Both the position numbers and the translations under genes were made by a program. This document shows positions 48,951 through 64,000 of a stretch of 64,000 nt of DNA, piece after piece. The stretch is taken from NCBI RefSeq assembly GCF_009914755.1, contig NC_060937.1. One strand, written 5' to 3'. The notes under the pieces were generated by a model. The model was not told the origin of the DNA. It saw nothing but the letters and a program-made list of their open reading frames with translations, and did no database searches. Each line of letters starts with the position of its first letter. Positions within the stretch are counted from its first letter, which is position 1. Source of the stretch: the human T2T-CHM13v2.0 reference genome, Homo sapiens.

Positions 48951-49505
48951 CAGGTTACAGGTTATCTGGATCCTTCTGGAACATGAAGTGTGAAGCCCTT
49001 TTACACTGTTTTCAGGGGGTGGAGCCCCCTGCAGACTCCTAGCTCATCTATGGTTTTAAGATGGCATTCCCAGGAGTTTCTGGGACCCTGGCTCTACTGG
49101 GGAAACCATCCAGGATGCTTACTGAGAGCCTGTCTCATCTTGTTCATTGAATGTTTTTGGGCCCCATTTATCCTTTTGAACTGTAACAACTAAAATCCTG
49201 CCCTCTCTTCCAATAACCTCTTTTCAAACAATGAACCCCAAGTATGTCTTTTTTTCCGTTTGTGAGCTGCCATTAAGATGTCATTTCCACTTCATATTTC
49301 TTTAGTCTCTAATCAGCTTCTGAAATCTCTCATCTCTTTTAAAGGTACCTCTCTTGTCTTCCTTTATTTTGATTTCATTACAAAAAGAAACACTCCCAAT
49401 CTGATAATAAGATTGAAGCCTGCTTTTCAAGCCAAACTAGTTTCTCTTTGATTGTCCAAGCAAATTGAATTCCTAGATACAGAGTATTCTAGGCACAGAC
49501 CTTTA

Positions 49506-49827
<322 letters not shown>

Positions 49828-52800
49828 AAAAATGCATTCTTAGCTTTTGGACTTGCAGTCATTTTACTGAGTTGTTTCTTTACTTTAACTGAAGATTGTG
49901 GCCTTTTTTTAAAAAAAATAAATGCCCTGATCAGGCATTTGTTAAATGAGAGTACCTACTGAAGATAAGACACTTTTCTACACACTTGGAATATACCAGT
50001 GAACAAGGCAATTCTTTTTGTCTGTCGTTATTAATAAAATATACTAATCTTGTGAAATCACAGTTCACATGTCTGAAGCGTAAAGTCAGAATATAATAGA
50101 ACTCATCAAAGCTGTGCAATTGAGATCTTATGGTTCATGGACGTGACTTTTAATATTCATTGGTTGAGCAGCACAGTAATAAGGGCCCAGTCCCTCTCAG
50201 AGTCCTTGTTTGGTCTTGAATTCAGGTAATGGGATTTGGGAAGCACATTTGTCGAAAATAAGTTAAAGGCAAACATCACCTAGAGCTCTGTGGCACACAA
50301 GGGCTCAAATGTGTGCAGTGTAAAGTCCCTGTGTCCCAGTCTCCCACCCTTTCAGCGTGGTTGAGAAACAGCACAGGCAGTGAACCACACCCTTACTTCA
50401 GCTGACCTGTCTTGCTAAGGCCTGTGCCAACACTCCCGAGCAGCCAGCCTGCTTTCTAAGACTCCGATTTGTCCTCCTGCTTGTTAATACCCCAAATGGC
50501 CAGCATTTGCTGAATTCCAGCCTGTTATGAAATACCAGGAGCTACAGAGACCTGCAAAAGTCAGAATCCCACGTGATCGATAGTCACCATGGCTTAAGCC
50601 AGAGAGCTGCCTGCCTTCGTGGTTGCTGTCTCCTTCCTCTACATGTTATTTCATTCTCCAAGTGCCAGTCCCGTCTATTTCTTAAGGTTCCCAGTCTGTG
50701 CACCAGGTATTGAAAATTTAGGGAGTCAATAAATATACTTCTCTTCCTCGCCTGTGTTTGGATCAATTGAGAGAGAAAAAAAACAAAAAAGAAAAAACAA
50801 AAAATGTCAGAGTAGAAGATGTAATATAGCTCTGTGGATAAGTAGGTTTGTTAATATTTTACCCCAAATTACACATACCCCGCTCCTTCCCAGTGTAGCC
50901 AAAACCAGAGCAGAGCCTTGTTCCAGCTTGGGGACCAGGCAGGGCTTGAGCTCTGTGCAAGAGGTGAGTCCAGGCAGGAGAGGGCAGGAACAGGCCAGGT
51001 GCTTGCTCCTGTGGGACAAGTGTGACTCCTTCTCTCCAGGGGAGGAAGAGGGGTGGAGAAAGGAGGGAGTGTTAGTCTAATGGAAGTTCCTCCCCGTGGA
51101 GACTGCAGAAAGGCACGTGTATGTGTGTTGGAGCAGATGTTTCTCCTAGCAATTGATACTCCTCATATTGCTCTTCGAATTTTGAGTTTCAACATTTGCT
51201 TGTCCGTCTCTTCTACTCTCTGAATGAGGCCCTGTGCAATTCCTGTTTTCCTCAGTGTCCTGCATGTAGTAGAATGACAAAAGTATGTTGATGGACCAAA
51301 GTAAAGCCAGCCTGCACTAGTGAAACGGAGAGGACAGATACACATCTGCCCCTGGTAAAATGATCATGAAGACCACTGTTACAACACAGAAACAGTCTAC
51401 CTGCTGTCTGCTTCCAGGTTTTTCCTATCCTCCCGTTGTTGAAGGAATTTGAAAATAAATTTTATAAAGACAGTTGCATTCATGCCCAGTGTTCTTACTT
51501 CTCCCATAGATGAGTAAGACTGTGGCTTTAGAAAATGCACAGAGGCCCGTTTTATAATAAAATATTCTATTCAATTCAGAACAAATATTCAGTGCCTTAA
51601 ATGTATTTTTAAAGCTTATTTTTCCCTCCTATTTCATCTTGTAATGATGTGTGCAGCAATAATCGAAGGCTTTTTTGTATTCGTTTAGTACACCTAGATG
51701 TGTTGCAAGAATAATCACTTTTATTTTGAGATTTTGAAACACAGGCACTGGTACAGGATTGGGCAAGGCAGATGGCACAGATCTTACTCCAGACCTCCCA
51801 GCATGGTGACTCCCATCCACAGCCTCCGGAGGATGCAGTGGCTGCCCACGTGATAGCAGGGCCAGGATTCACCCGGGTTGCAGCCTCATCCAAAGCTGCA
51901 GGGTGCTGCAAGTAAAATGTGTCCCTGCCTCAGAACCGGGGTGTGGGCCCTGAGTCACTTCACCTGAGGTTTGAGAGTCAGCTGACTTCATCTTGACTTC
52001 AGTTTCAACAAAACATTTGCTCTCAGTCTTGTGGAATTTTCAAACTTGGGAAGCCTCAGTGACTGCTCACTCATTTTTCAGGGTGATGTCGTGATGGGTT
52101 GGAAACAGTTTTTAGGTTCTATTGTAGAACTGAAACAAGGGCATAAGAAGGAGTTGAGGGCAAATCTCTCCAGAGAAAATACAACACAGAGAAAATAATT
52201 TAACTTTGCAATGATGTCATAGTGATTATTAAAATATTTCCTAGTTGATACAATGTCTTTTGTATATTTTGTTTGTAAGTACTCTATGTTCTAGTTTAGA
52301 TTTATCAAAGTTAGAGTCTCCTCTCTTGAAAAGTCTCTGCTTGGAGAAACTTGCACTTTAGGAGAATTTTAAAAAAATATTCATTTTGTACTTTTCCAAG
52401 TGTTTCTGGAATTCTCCAGGCTTTGACACATGCTGCTGACAACAGAGATTTGCATGTGTTCTTCCAAGCGTATTAATTTATTTTAAAAGTCACTATTGTC
52501 CAGGTCCATCTTCCTCAGTTGTGTAATATACACAATGTTATTTTTATAATTTTAATATTGTCAAATTCAAGATAACTCTTAATTTTGCTTAAGTTTCATA
52601 TTCATTTGGATCTACATGTCTCCTGATTATGAATTAAAGAGCAAGTTTTTACTTTTCTATTTATTTTGTTAACTAGATAACTTATTGAAGTAGAATTTTA
52701 ACATGAGCTAAGACAAGCAGCTAAAACCCTCCTAGATAAAGCTCTATTTCAATCAAACACCACTCTCCGCCTGGGCCTGTGTTATAACATTAGCAGTACA

Positions 52801-53265
52801 AAATCATAACTGGTGAAAATTGTAGCAAATTATTAGTGATGGGAAAATTGAAGAAAGTAAATACCTCTGAAAACTCAGCTGATAAGACTTCAAAAGTATT
52901 GGAAGCCTTTTCTGCCTCACTTAAGAATAATAATAAAAATGATGATTCCAGAAAGTTTGTAAGTTTGCAATAACCTGCTTAAAAATGAGAGTTGACTGGC
53001 TGTGTTATCATTACTGTTTCCTGAGAGACAGTTTATGGAAGGTGGTTTTATGATACATTCCTGAAAAACCTCCAGATTTCAAGTATGCAATATAAACCTC
53101 CTTATGAAAACTGCAAGTCTTACCCATTTTATAAATTGTACCACACCTACTTCAGATTAAATAGGATCTCCACATTTTAGTGTGGTCAGTGAACAATAAA
53201 AGGTGGGCACTGAGAAACTGCTAACAAATCTCTCGATTAGGGTCTGATCCAGTTGATTTAAATGG

Positions 53266-53622
53266 GCTGTTCTCACACTTTCTGGTCTCAGGATTTCTTT
53301 ATGCTTTTAAATATTACTGAAGAAAAAAATCACTGAGGATCCAAATGAGCCTTTGTTTATCTGAGTTATATCTGTCACCACTGACCATTTTAGAAATTGA
53401 AGTTGAGAAAAATTTAAACCACAAGAATATCTACAAGCACATATGTCATGACCATCGGAAGGAAGATGGCAGCACATGCCGCGTGGCCTCTGGGAAATGC
53501 CACTGTACGTTCGTGACAGAATAAGAGCGGGAGAGGCACGCGAGGATAGTTTTGACCGCCTAGATGCCCTGACAGGGTTTCAAGGACTTGAAGGGCTACC
53601 AGATCACACTTTGAGAACTGCC
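53266..53622. mobile_element. hAT Charlie4-like non-autonomous DNA transposon
   Basis: Ends GTTCTCACACTTTCTGGTCTCAGGA.. and ..CAGATCACACTTTGAGAACTGC form degenerate terminal inverted repeats; internal GAGCCTTTGTTTAT..TTAGAAATT motif. Confidence 0.7.
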
Positions 53623-53719
53623 AGTTTACATTATTTGATGTCATTATTGAACATTTACCAATACCTTGCAGAAACTCAAGCAATTGGTGATGAGTTGTCT
53701 GCAAACATAGTTTTGAGTG

Positions 53720-53920
53720 TGGGCTGTAGGATCAGCCAAACTCGATTTGATCCCCCATTCTACTGCTTGCTAGCTGTAAGGTTTTGGGCAAGCCTCTCAG
53801 GCACTCACTGCTTGGTTTTCTAAGTCAAATTGGGGCTTGTGGGGTTATTGAAGGATATGCACACAACTAGCGTTGCACCTGGCCTGTGATAGGTATTCAG
53901 CAAATGATAGCTATAATAGA
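53720..53920 (+). mobile_element. MIR fragment
   Basis: CTTGCTAGCTGTAAGGTTTTGGGCAAG..TTCAGCAAATGATAGCTAT. Confidence 0.6.
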
Positions 53921-55001
53921 AGAAGAAACAGAACAGAGACCACTTTTATGCAGCCGGCCTCCCCCATTCCTCCCTCCCAAGAAGGACTTTTACTGATTAC
54001 TGTGGTATGAAACACAAGAATTCTCCTCAGGAAGGACGACTGGAAGAAACAAATAGAACAAAGAAAGTTTCAGCCTCCCCTTCATCCCGTGACCGAATCT
54101 TTCCCTATAGTGTGTTTATCTTTAACAGCTTTGATCTAAAATGAGTGATTCCTCGCACTTCCAAAGTCCAAGCTTATTTTGTTCATTTGTGCTCACTTTG
54201 TTGTTTTGCTAGATGAAATTTTGCTTCTAATAGAGTAGTAAAATGTCCCCTTTTTCTTCCCCTGACACCTACCGATATTCTGAGTTCCTGGTTTTAGCCG
54301 TTTTAGCAACATTCCTTGCTCAAACTCCCCCTTGAACGCAGTGCCAGGATTTAAGATGATTCTTTACAAGTTGCAATTTATACTTGGTCATTTCCTGTCA
54401 GTTTCTACGTTTCGTATTCTGGAGTCTGAACTGGACAATGACTCCTTAAACTGGCAGTCGATTCCCTCCAGGGCTGCAGATGGGAAGAGAGTGCAGGTTG
54501 AGCCCAGGTTGAAGCCCGCCGTAAGGACAGTGGGCAAGGGCTGGCCACGCCCTTCTGCTAAGGAAGAGCACAGGCCCACTGTACATGAGCTTGGCCTGCA
54601 GGAGCCCCTCTGAGGCTGCTGGGTTTTCCTATGCGATGATTTGACAATGATTCTTCTGCAGTGGTGTCCCCTGACCCTTGCTGGGCTTTTCTGAACCTCA
54701 CAGGATATCCCATTTCTTCTAGTCCCTTAGATGATGAATTTTTGCCCATCTTCTGATTTGTTTTTTGGGTCACTCATCACTCATTAAGCACGTGCTTTGT
54801 GGTCAGCACTCTGTTGCCCCTGGGTTGAGTGAGAATGGGACGTGTCTGATGACCATGATCTGACTCTGGTAAAGGAGAGCCAGCTCCGGACTCTGGGGAT
54901 AGAGAAAAATGGGCCAGAAATAGAAATATTTCCCCTCTGCATGTCTTTTTTTGAAATAGTGGTATAATAATTCAATGAAAAATGTGTAGTAACCTTCCTA
55001 G

Positions 55002-55829
<828 letters not shown>

Positions 55830-55834
55830 TACTA

Positions 55835-56128
55835 TTATTTTTTGAGACAGGGTGTCACTCTGTTGCCCAGGCTGGAGTGCAATGGCACAATCATAGCTCA
55901 CTGCAGCCTGGAACTCCTGGTCAAGTGATCCTCCCACCTCAGCCTCCTGAGTAGCTGGGACTACAAGCTTGCACCACCACCCTTAGCTTTTTTTTTTCTT
56001 TTTCTTTTTTTTTTACTTTTGGTAGAGATGCTATGGAGTCTTGCTATGTTGCCCTAGCTGGTCTCGAATTCCTGGCCTCAAGGGATCCTCACACCTTGTC
56101 CTCCCAAATAAACCACTGTGCCCGGCAA
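55835..56128 (-). mobile_element. AluJ
   Basis: ATCATAGCTCACTGCAGCC diagnostics; expanded T-rich linker. Confidence 0.9.
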
Positions 56129-56539
56129 AGTCAACTTTCGAGTCTCAGACTTGGGTTTCATTCCATGTCCACCACTTACAAGCTGAGCAGCACTGGGTAC
56201 AATTTTTAACATATTCATGTTTCAATGTCCTCAATAAAATCAGGGATCTTAACTAATAAGCCAAAATGGTAGCTCTGATTTGTGATAGCATTCAGTAGTG
56301 ATGCTACGAGAGCAAAGATGAGAACCTTGCTTGTTGGTTAAATATTTCAGTTAGGGGAGCAGTGATGAACATTCTCCACACACACAAATGCTTTAACTGG
56401 ACAAGTAGGGGCATCTGGTAGTGATAGCAAATGTGAGTCTTAGTTGGAATTAAGTAGCAATGTGATACAGAAAAAGGGAAGTTATTTGTTTAAGGATAAA
56501 CAGGAGCCAGGGGCAGAGTGGAGGATGGAATCCAGGTTC

Positions 56540-56790
56540 TGTGACGCCAGGTTAATGTTTTGAATTCAGACGGGCTGGGATCCGAATCCCCACCTTCACC
56601 CCTTACTGCTTGTGTGAGCTTGACCAAGTTACTGAAATTCTCTGTGCCTCGATTTTATCATCCATAAAAGTGAGGATAATAATATTATCTTCCTTGTGTG
56701 TTGATGTGGGAATTAAATGAGATAATAAATGTTAAGTACGTAGCCGACTGTCTGGCAAATATTAACTGCTCAATAAATGACAACTATTAT
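56540..56790 (+). mobile_element. MIR, near full-length
   Basis: TTGTGTGAGCTTGACCAAGTTACTGAAATTCTCTGTGCCTC..GAATTAAATGAGATAAT..GCTCAATAAATG. Confidence 0.8.
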
Positions 56791-59700
56791 TATCCCTTAG
56801 ACCTCATTGCCTCTTCAACGCTTAAAAGCTCAGCAAGTCCCTTTAAAATGAAATTCTCAAAGCAGTCATTTCCCAGTCCAGAAAGAGAACCTGTCATGTG
56901 CAGGGAGTGTGTGCACTTCATGCGGCTGTTCCTTAGGATGAAAACGATTTCTTCCTGACACACAGGATCATCACTGGGCTTAGAGAGAGAAACTACTATG
57001 TATAGAAAAGAATGAGATGCTCTTAAAATTGTGCAAACCACCTCAGATCTAGTAATCACGGACTTGGCTCTCTCATCTCTCAACCCTGAAGGAGCTCCTT
57101 GGCAGCACTGACGCAGAGCAGCGAGCTCTTGTGAGGTGCACTGGCAAGCCCCTCCTGCTGTCTAAAGGCAACAGACACGGCCTCATCACAATGTTTCAGG
57201 TGCTTGGAATCTTTTATAAAGCACCTTTTTTGGGGGAGGATAAGGTTTGCAAGAAGCTAACCCCACGGTGTTAGCACTGTTTTTTACCCTTTGAGCCGCT
57301 AGTAGTGCAGTGAGTGTCTTCCTGAGCTGTCTGGCATGGCGGCTGGTGCGTATGACAATGTCTAAGTCCCCATGCACTTGTTACCTGCACAGGTGGCCAC
57401 ACCCTCCTCTCCCTATGCCCCTCAGTCACACTGCGCAATGGACCCTCCTTTACTCCTGAACCCAGCTGGCTCACAAGGGGTGAAGTGGGACCCTGATGGG
57501 GAGAAAAAAATAAATTTGGAATTTGATACATGATCTCTTATATAAATGAAAAATGATGCAATTAGGGGCAAAAGTTCCAGAAAGTCGAGCGCTCTTTCCC
57601 TCCTGGAAAAGCATGTGGACAAGGTCAGCTGGCCATCTGCAGCCCTGTGCCGGGGTCAGCATCCAGTGGCAGGCCCTCTGACATTGACCTGCCGCTAGGA
57701 GGTGCCTGCTGTTTGTGCCCCAGCTTCAGATGCGCTCTGGTGAATACTGCGGTTCAACACAGAGCGATCCCTGTGTTCGTGGGCTCATGTTGTCCCTGCC
57801 TGTCCCATCCGCACAGGGGCCAGGCACTGGAACATCTGGTGTTGGTCCTGAACACTTGTGATATTTGCCCCAGTGCTGAGAGCTGAGCTCCTTCTGGTGG
57901 CCATGGCATTAGAAACAGGTCAAGGCATCTTGTTTCTTTTCCTTGCAGTCACCACAGTGGCCCTACTGTTTGTCATGGCCACCAAAACACTTTCTTTCAT
58001 TTGTCTGCGTGTGAATGATAAACCATATTATCATACATGTATAATGACTGGTATCATACAAACTTCATACACAGAAGACTGTTATCAGAAAACATAGCCC
58101 ACACAGAATCAAGCTTGTTCAGTTAGGGAATTCGCTTCCTGCATGGAACCCGCAAATCCTGGATGGGGTTGCCAGCCTCATTCACATTCCTGGTCTTGGC
58201 TCCTGTAAGGCAAAATGCTCCCCACTTGAACTCCCTTCTCCCCCAGTGTCTGGGGTTCCTGGAGATTCTTATCTCTTTGGAAGGAGCTGCTGCAGCGTCT
58301 TGTGGTTTTCAAGATGGCAGCTGAGCTGCAGTGATTGGCTGGTGTGACTTCAGGGAGGCTGTGCTTGTGACCATGTGCCTCTTCCTTCAAGCTTGGGAGG
58401 TGCAGCCAACGACGTGTGAACGGGCGTGGCTCCTGATGCTGAGGATGTGCAAGTGTGTGGGGATCCTCATTACTGGCTCTGGTAACCTAGATCCTTTGAG
58501 CAACCTTGATCTTTACTGCTTTACAGTTCTCACGATTTGTTTGTAATGCTCTGTGTTTTAAAGGAAACCGATATTGCTCCTCTGCTTGTCACATATTGCT
58601 CCTTCTCCCTGCAAGTATATTGAGTACCACACCAGCACCAGGCGAGAAGAAGTGACCAAATACCCAGAGAAGACTGGAGATCAGAGATCAAAGCATCCAC
58701 CTACCTGGGTCCATCCACCACCCTCTTGTTTATTTCATCTTTTTCCTGCTCCCAGGGTGTCTGAAATGAACTCTGCCCATCAGGTAAAGGCCAATATCTT
58801 CATGTGGTCTAAAAGGGAATTTCATTTCTCAGGTGTGCTCTCTAAAGAGCCCTTCATAAATATGTTCTGTTTATTTTTTGGAGCAGTTTTCCCTATCCCA
58901 GGCCCCCAGCTATGTCTCAGTTAATCACGGTGCACCACAATTGAGCTGACTTATTCTGAATATTGCTTATTGCCATGAATTCGAATGGATTTTAGGAACC
59001 AACTCCCAAGTCTCATCAATTTAAAGGAAATCTAATGAGGGAAAATCCTCATCTGAAAATCCGTTATCACTGATGCATAGGCAGCCTTGGAAACATATCC
59101 TAATTATGGAAATCTTAGGTTTCTGAAGATAACTTTCCCTACTTTGATACACATGTTGGTGTCTCTTTAACTAAACTTTGTTAGGCTACATGACTTGAAA
59201 CCGTATGAATGTTGTACCCCGTGTGACTCATGAGAGGCTGAGCATGTGAAGGATCTGCCAAGAGGTGTTCTAGGCAGTTCTATTGCCTGCTAGATTTTCT
59301 AGCCAGTCTTTTTCTTTTCCATCAAAACCCTTGTGTGAAGGAAACAAAGGCAAGTCTGAGCAGTAGCTCTGTGCTGGGCTGATTCCAGGGGGATGGTCAG
59401 TCCTTTGCAAGGGAATTTAATATCCAATCTTTCTGTCTCATGACAATGAAGTAATGTGAAGTGATACGTCTTAACAAAAGGATGCTGATGATACCACACT
59501 CACCACCTATTGATGAACAAAGCTGAATTTTAGATCCTACAGTTAAGTGATTATGCATGAAAGGATGGATTGTAGTTCTGGAGGGGACACAACCTGTCTG
59601 AATCTGAGCCACTTCAGTGCACATGCCTGGGGAGTGTGAGAGCACCATTGTCTCAGGGGCACTGTGAAAGGGCACCCAAGTTTGTGTCTGTGCAAAAAAG

Positions 59701-60219
59701 ATCATTGGATATACGAGGACTACAGACCCAGGTAAGTTTCTGTGCTGTACTGTACACGGTTGCATGCTCCATGATAGCGAGCTCTCAATTTGTTTTATGA
59801 TGTGTTCGTTTTTCCTTGAGATGTAGTGTGTGGGCCACTTTTGCCAAAGTAGTGGTGTCATGTTGTAGTTGTAAAATGAGGAAGATTTATGAAGAAGCTG
59901 GCAGAAGGACTTAAACAACTTCCCTAGATGTAGTAGGACTTTTATCTCTATTGGGGAAAATGGAATGCCAGGGAGACAGATAAAGCAATTGGAATAGAGG
60001 TAAAGGGTGGGTGAGTGGAGCCCCAGGCTGCTCAGACATTGGTCAGGAGAAGAATATGGAAGGAGTAAGTACACTTCTGCATACATGAATGATGAGAACT
60101 TGCTAAATGCCAACCAGGGCATTTTAAGAAGGAATTTGGGAAACATCTGATCTATGGTTTAGTTGATGCGGTACTGCTCTGTCTTCTCCTGGACTTTAAA
60201 TACTGGACTAAACTTCCTA

Positions 60220-60415
60220 CACAGACAGACTTGAGGTTGAGGCCTGGCTTACTAAGGTTTAATTGTGGATCAATTTTCAAGTCAGTTTCCCCTTCTATAA
60301 GAGGAGGATGGTAATAGTACCCACCTGCAGGGTAGGCATTAGGGTTAAATGAGATAACCCAGGTGGAGTGCTCAACATTTATTAGCCATGCTTCCATAAA
60401 AGTAGCTGGTGTATC
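60220..60415 (+). mobile_element. MIR fragment
   Basis: TCAGTTTCCCCTTCTATAA..GGGTTAAATGAGATAA. Confidence 0.6.
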
Positions 60416-60703
60416 AATTCCCAGTAGGGTTGGGTGATTCTATGTAGGAGGAGCATGAAAGGGAGCAAAGGTAAATTGCAGGTCATCTTAGGGATTGGAA
60501 GGTGGTGGCTCCCCCACTGGGGAACACCATGGAGTTGTGGCTTTGGAAGGAGTAATGGGTTCAATTCTGTTCACGTTGAATTTGGGACATCCAGGTAGAT
60601 GCTTCTTGGGGCACAGAAATCAAAGGTTAAGACAAAGAACAAGGTATTTGAAATGGGACTTGTAGTTTCTGTAAATAAAAGACTCCCATGTATGCCAATG
60701 TAA

Positions 60704-61159
<456 letters not shown>

Positions 61160-61489
61160 TGCTCACATGATTTCAAGACTGCAGTCCCGACCCTCATTTT
61201 GCATGACTCTGTCCAGGTATGATACAGATGGAGAGTATTAAAGATGTGTTAACTAATGAATTCTGCTGTTATAAATGTGTTGACTTCAAGCAAAGGTGTG
61301 AGAAAAATAATCGAGGTTCTGTTCCACACCACTGATCTGTGCTTCTTGGGGTGCCTCATTTAACATCTGTGGACCTTGGCCTGTTCCTTTACAAGATGAA
61401 GGCTTTGACTCTCTTTAGTTTCTTAAAATCCTCTCAGGACTTACCATTTCATTCTAGATTTCACAGTGGTTCATTTGAGCATGCGTTCT

Positions 61490-61710
61490 TTCTTCAATTC
61501 ATTCATTCACTCAAGACATGTTTTTGAGTGCCTACTATGTGCACTATATAGGCTAGCTACTCTATATACAGGAATGGGTAAGCCTATTTTTGCTTAACTG
61601 GGATATTAGAAAGTGAATAAACAACTTTCCTGCCATGTACTACTCTATATTAGAAGTCTAAGCAAATTGTTAGAGGAACACAAAAAAGGGCACTCAACTC
61701 TGCCCTTGTC
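61490..61710 (-). mobile_element. L2 3' end
   Basis: CATTCATTCACTCAA..TTGAGTGCCTACTATGTGC antisense L2 terminus. Confidence 0.7.
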
Positions 61711-62907
61711 TTCTCGCCTTTCAATGGGCTCTCTGTCTCACCTGGGACAGAGCAGACCTACTTAGGAGGTGTTTACTACATTGACCTGTGAATATCAGAT
61801 ACCGTCACCTGCAACTGTGCTCATCTTACACCTGCGAGCCACATCTACCGACATCTAGGATCAATCATCAGGATGACGCAGGCACTGCTGAGGTCACTCA
61901 GTGAGGTCTTCTCACATTAACCGATTGTTCATAGCTCAGTCTAATACACACAACAATGCATCTGTCGGAGCTGCTTCATTTTCCTGGACAACTGAAGGGC
62001 CATACGCACGTCCTGCTTTGATGGAAATATGGTATTGCATTTACCTGTCCCTATGGTGTAGTGTGACTGTGTTTATGCAATGTTAATACAAAAGCACTAA
62101 GCGGGAAGTAGGCTCAGTTCTGGGATCCCTTTCAGTCAGTGAATAGAGGACAGAGTTTGGTTCAGACACTTTTAATATGGTACCATTGCAGGGTTGGAAC
62201 ATTATTTCTCCTATTCTAATTTGTTCATAGTAATATGTAAAAGCAATACAAATGCTTCAGATTTTCAGGTTTATGAATAAAAGAGAGCAGATATTCCACC
62301 TGAGAACATGCCCAGTATTCTTTTATGGGATGGAAGGGGGTCCCTATGCCCACATATATTAAAGAGCGCACCTGCCTTCAATAAGCCTAGATCAGCATAT
62401 ATAAGAGAACTGCATGCCAAATTTGCCTTGTAAATCAGGAATAAAAAGAGCAGACGTGTTTCTCGGCAAGGGAAAAAGTGAAGAGGTGCAGTTGAGATTT
62501 GTGAGCTGAAAACGATCAGTCGAGCCAATGAAATCCTTGAAACATTCTGTACAATCGCAGCCACTTTCAGATTTTAATATTTCAGAAAAATAATCATTGC
62601 TATTGTGTAAAGTAAAATATGCTAAATGCTCACAGCCTGTATAGAGCTATAATGCCTTATGTATTGTACTATTAAGAAATAAAACCTGCCTCTTCTATCC
62701 TCATGGAAAACAGAGGACATATGTAACTAATCAACACATCCCAGTGAGATAATCCATTTACAGCTTGGTAAGAAAACTGATCATATTCTGTGGGCGACTC
62801 CCCATCACCCATTTCCTCCAGCCTGACTCAAAGTCCTGTTGGAGATTGTGATTACACTTTTCTTATCCCTCAGTGAAGAGTCAGTTTCTGATGCTGTGTC
62901 TGCCATT

Positions 62908-62928
62908 GTGTGTGTGTGTGTGTGTGTG
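62908..62928. repeat. (TG)n microsatellite
   Basis: About 10 perfect TG units. Confidence 0.95.
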
Positions 62929-64000
62929 GTGTGTTGACTTATTTATTTAGCTCTGTTAGGCTCAGAATCAGAACAGCACAGATTTGTAGGACAATTTGTC
63001 ATTTTCTGGGACTGAGAAAAGATGAAGAATTCATCCATAGGGGCTACTTTTGGTGGCTTGGAATCAGAAAGGTTTACCTAGCCCAGTCTGTGCAGATGGA
63101 ATTTCTAGAAGTCTTTTGGAGAGACCAGAAAGCGAATGAAAAAATGGTACATTTTTGATAGGAACAGAAGAAAATGATGTGTGAATTCACCTAGTTATGT
63201 GGGACTTGATGAATCCAGATGGACTCTAAATCATTCTTTTATTTGCTGATTAGTGCCAGGGGTTTTGAGCCTTGTAGAGGGGCACAACACTGAAGCTCTG
63301 ACATTAAACAAACTGGTTTCAGTCCTTGGTTCTCAGTCAGGGCAGCTGTAAAATCAGATATGAGGACCTGAGACTGAGGAGCAGATGTAGTGTTTGCACT
63401 GGGCCTTTATGGTAAACAAGCTGCTCCTGGGCACAGCCCTTCACTCCTGCCCCCTCCCAGCCCGAGTTCATGTTCCTTATTGATGCTACTGAAAGAAGCT
63501 TCCTGGGGAGCCCAAAATGCATTCTTCGTCGGGCCATGTTAATTATTGTTTATAATCACCGAATACAGTTTATATCCAGATCTGACTTGGAAAGTAAGCT
63601 CAGGCAGGGGAGAGGATCTGAGAGTGGATTGCATACTTGGAATTCTAAATCATCGTTCCTTGTTTTAATTTTCCCTTCAGGAGGATGTTCTTGGCCCTTC
63701 ATGGGCTGGGTCACCTCCAGCTTGCACATTAATTCACAATGGAATTTCTACAGGACAAACAGGAGGGGGGTGGTTTAGGACACTATTGAAAACTATTTAA
63801 CTCTCTTTGGTCTCAAACTGGAGTCGACAGGCATTAAATGCACATGGGCAAACATATTGACACATGATTGGCTGTTTCAGTAAGCAGGGCCTTTACAACA
63901 ATTCCAAGCTGTTGACACTTTAAGAGAGCACTCCTTCCTCCCAAGTTACACTGGAGGATGCCTTGAATCTGTCTACACACTCAGTGGCTGCTCCTAAGTC

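Noticed and set aside
53476-53823. 115-aa ORF as a transposase remnant
   Set aside because: It spans the terminal region of a non-autonomous Charlie element and a MIR, with no hAT motifs

Overview
This is catarrhine, probably hominoid (human or great ape), genomic DNA and not a microbial window. About half of it is recognisable interspersed repeat: 18 Alu/FLAM elements, many L1 fragments, two LTR12 (ERV9) solo LTRs, an LTR27/LTR1-group solo LTR, a MER21-like LTR, and MIR, L2, L3 and hAT fossils. I can support no host protein-coding gene, RNA gene or CRISPR array. Nearly all ORFs in the track are repeat-derived or chance ORFs; the only recognisable proteins are disrupted L1 ORF1/ORF2 and an open L1 ORF0. 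The main structure is a nested retroelement block at 33.9-47.4 kb: a full-length L1PA3/4 sits inside a near full-length L1PB1, which sits at an AluJ target site inside an old L1ME. That L1PA keeps the ZNF93-bound 5'UTR segment, has a complex templated insertion in ORF1, and has an antisense ORF0 that reads through into flanking DNA. Repeats are strongly biased to the minus strand (15 of 18 Alus, most L1s, both LTR12s) and there is a strong + strand splice acceptor at 30040, which together suggest a large intron of an unidentified + strand gene. I found no convincing new biological system. The best leads are small repair and retrotransposition signatures and possible cryptic promoter or splicing use. 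Subfamily names come from remembered consensus sequences and need RepeatMasker/Dfam confirmation.
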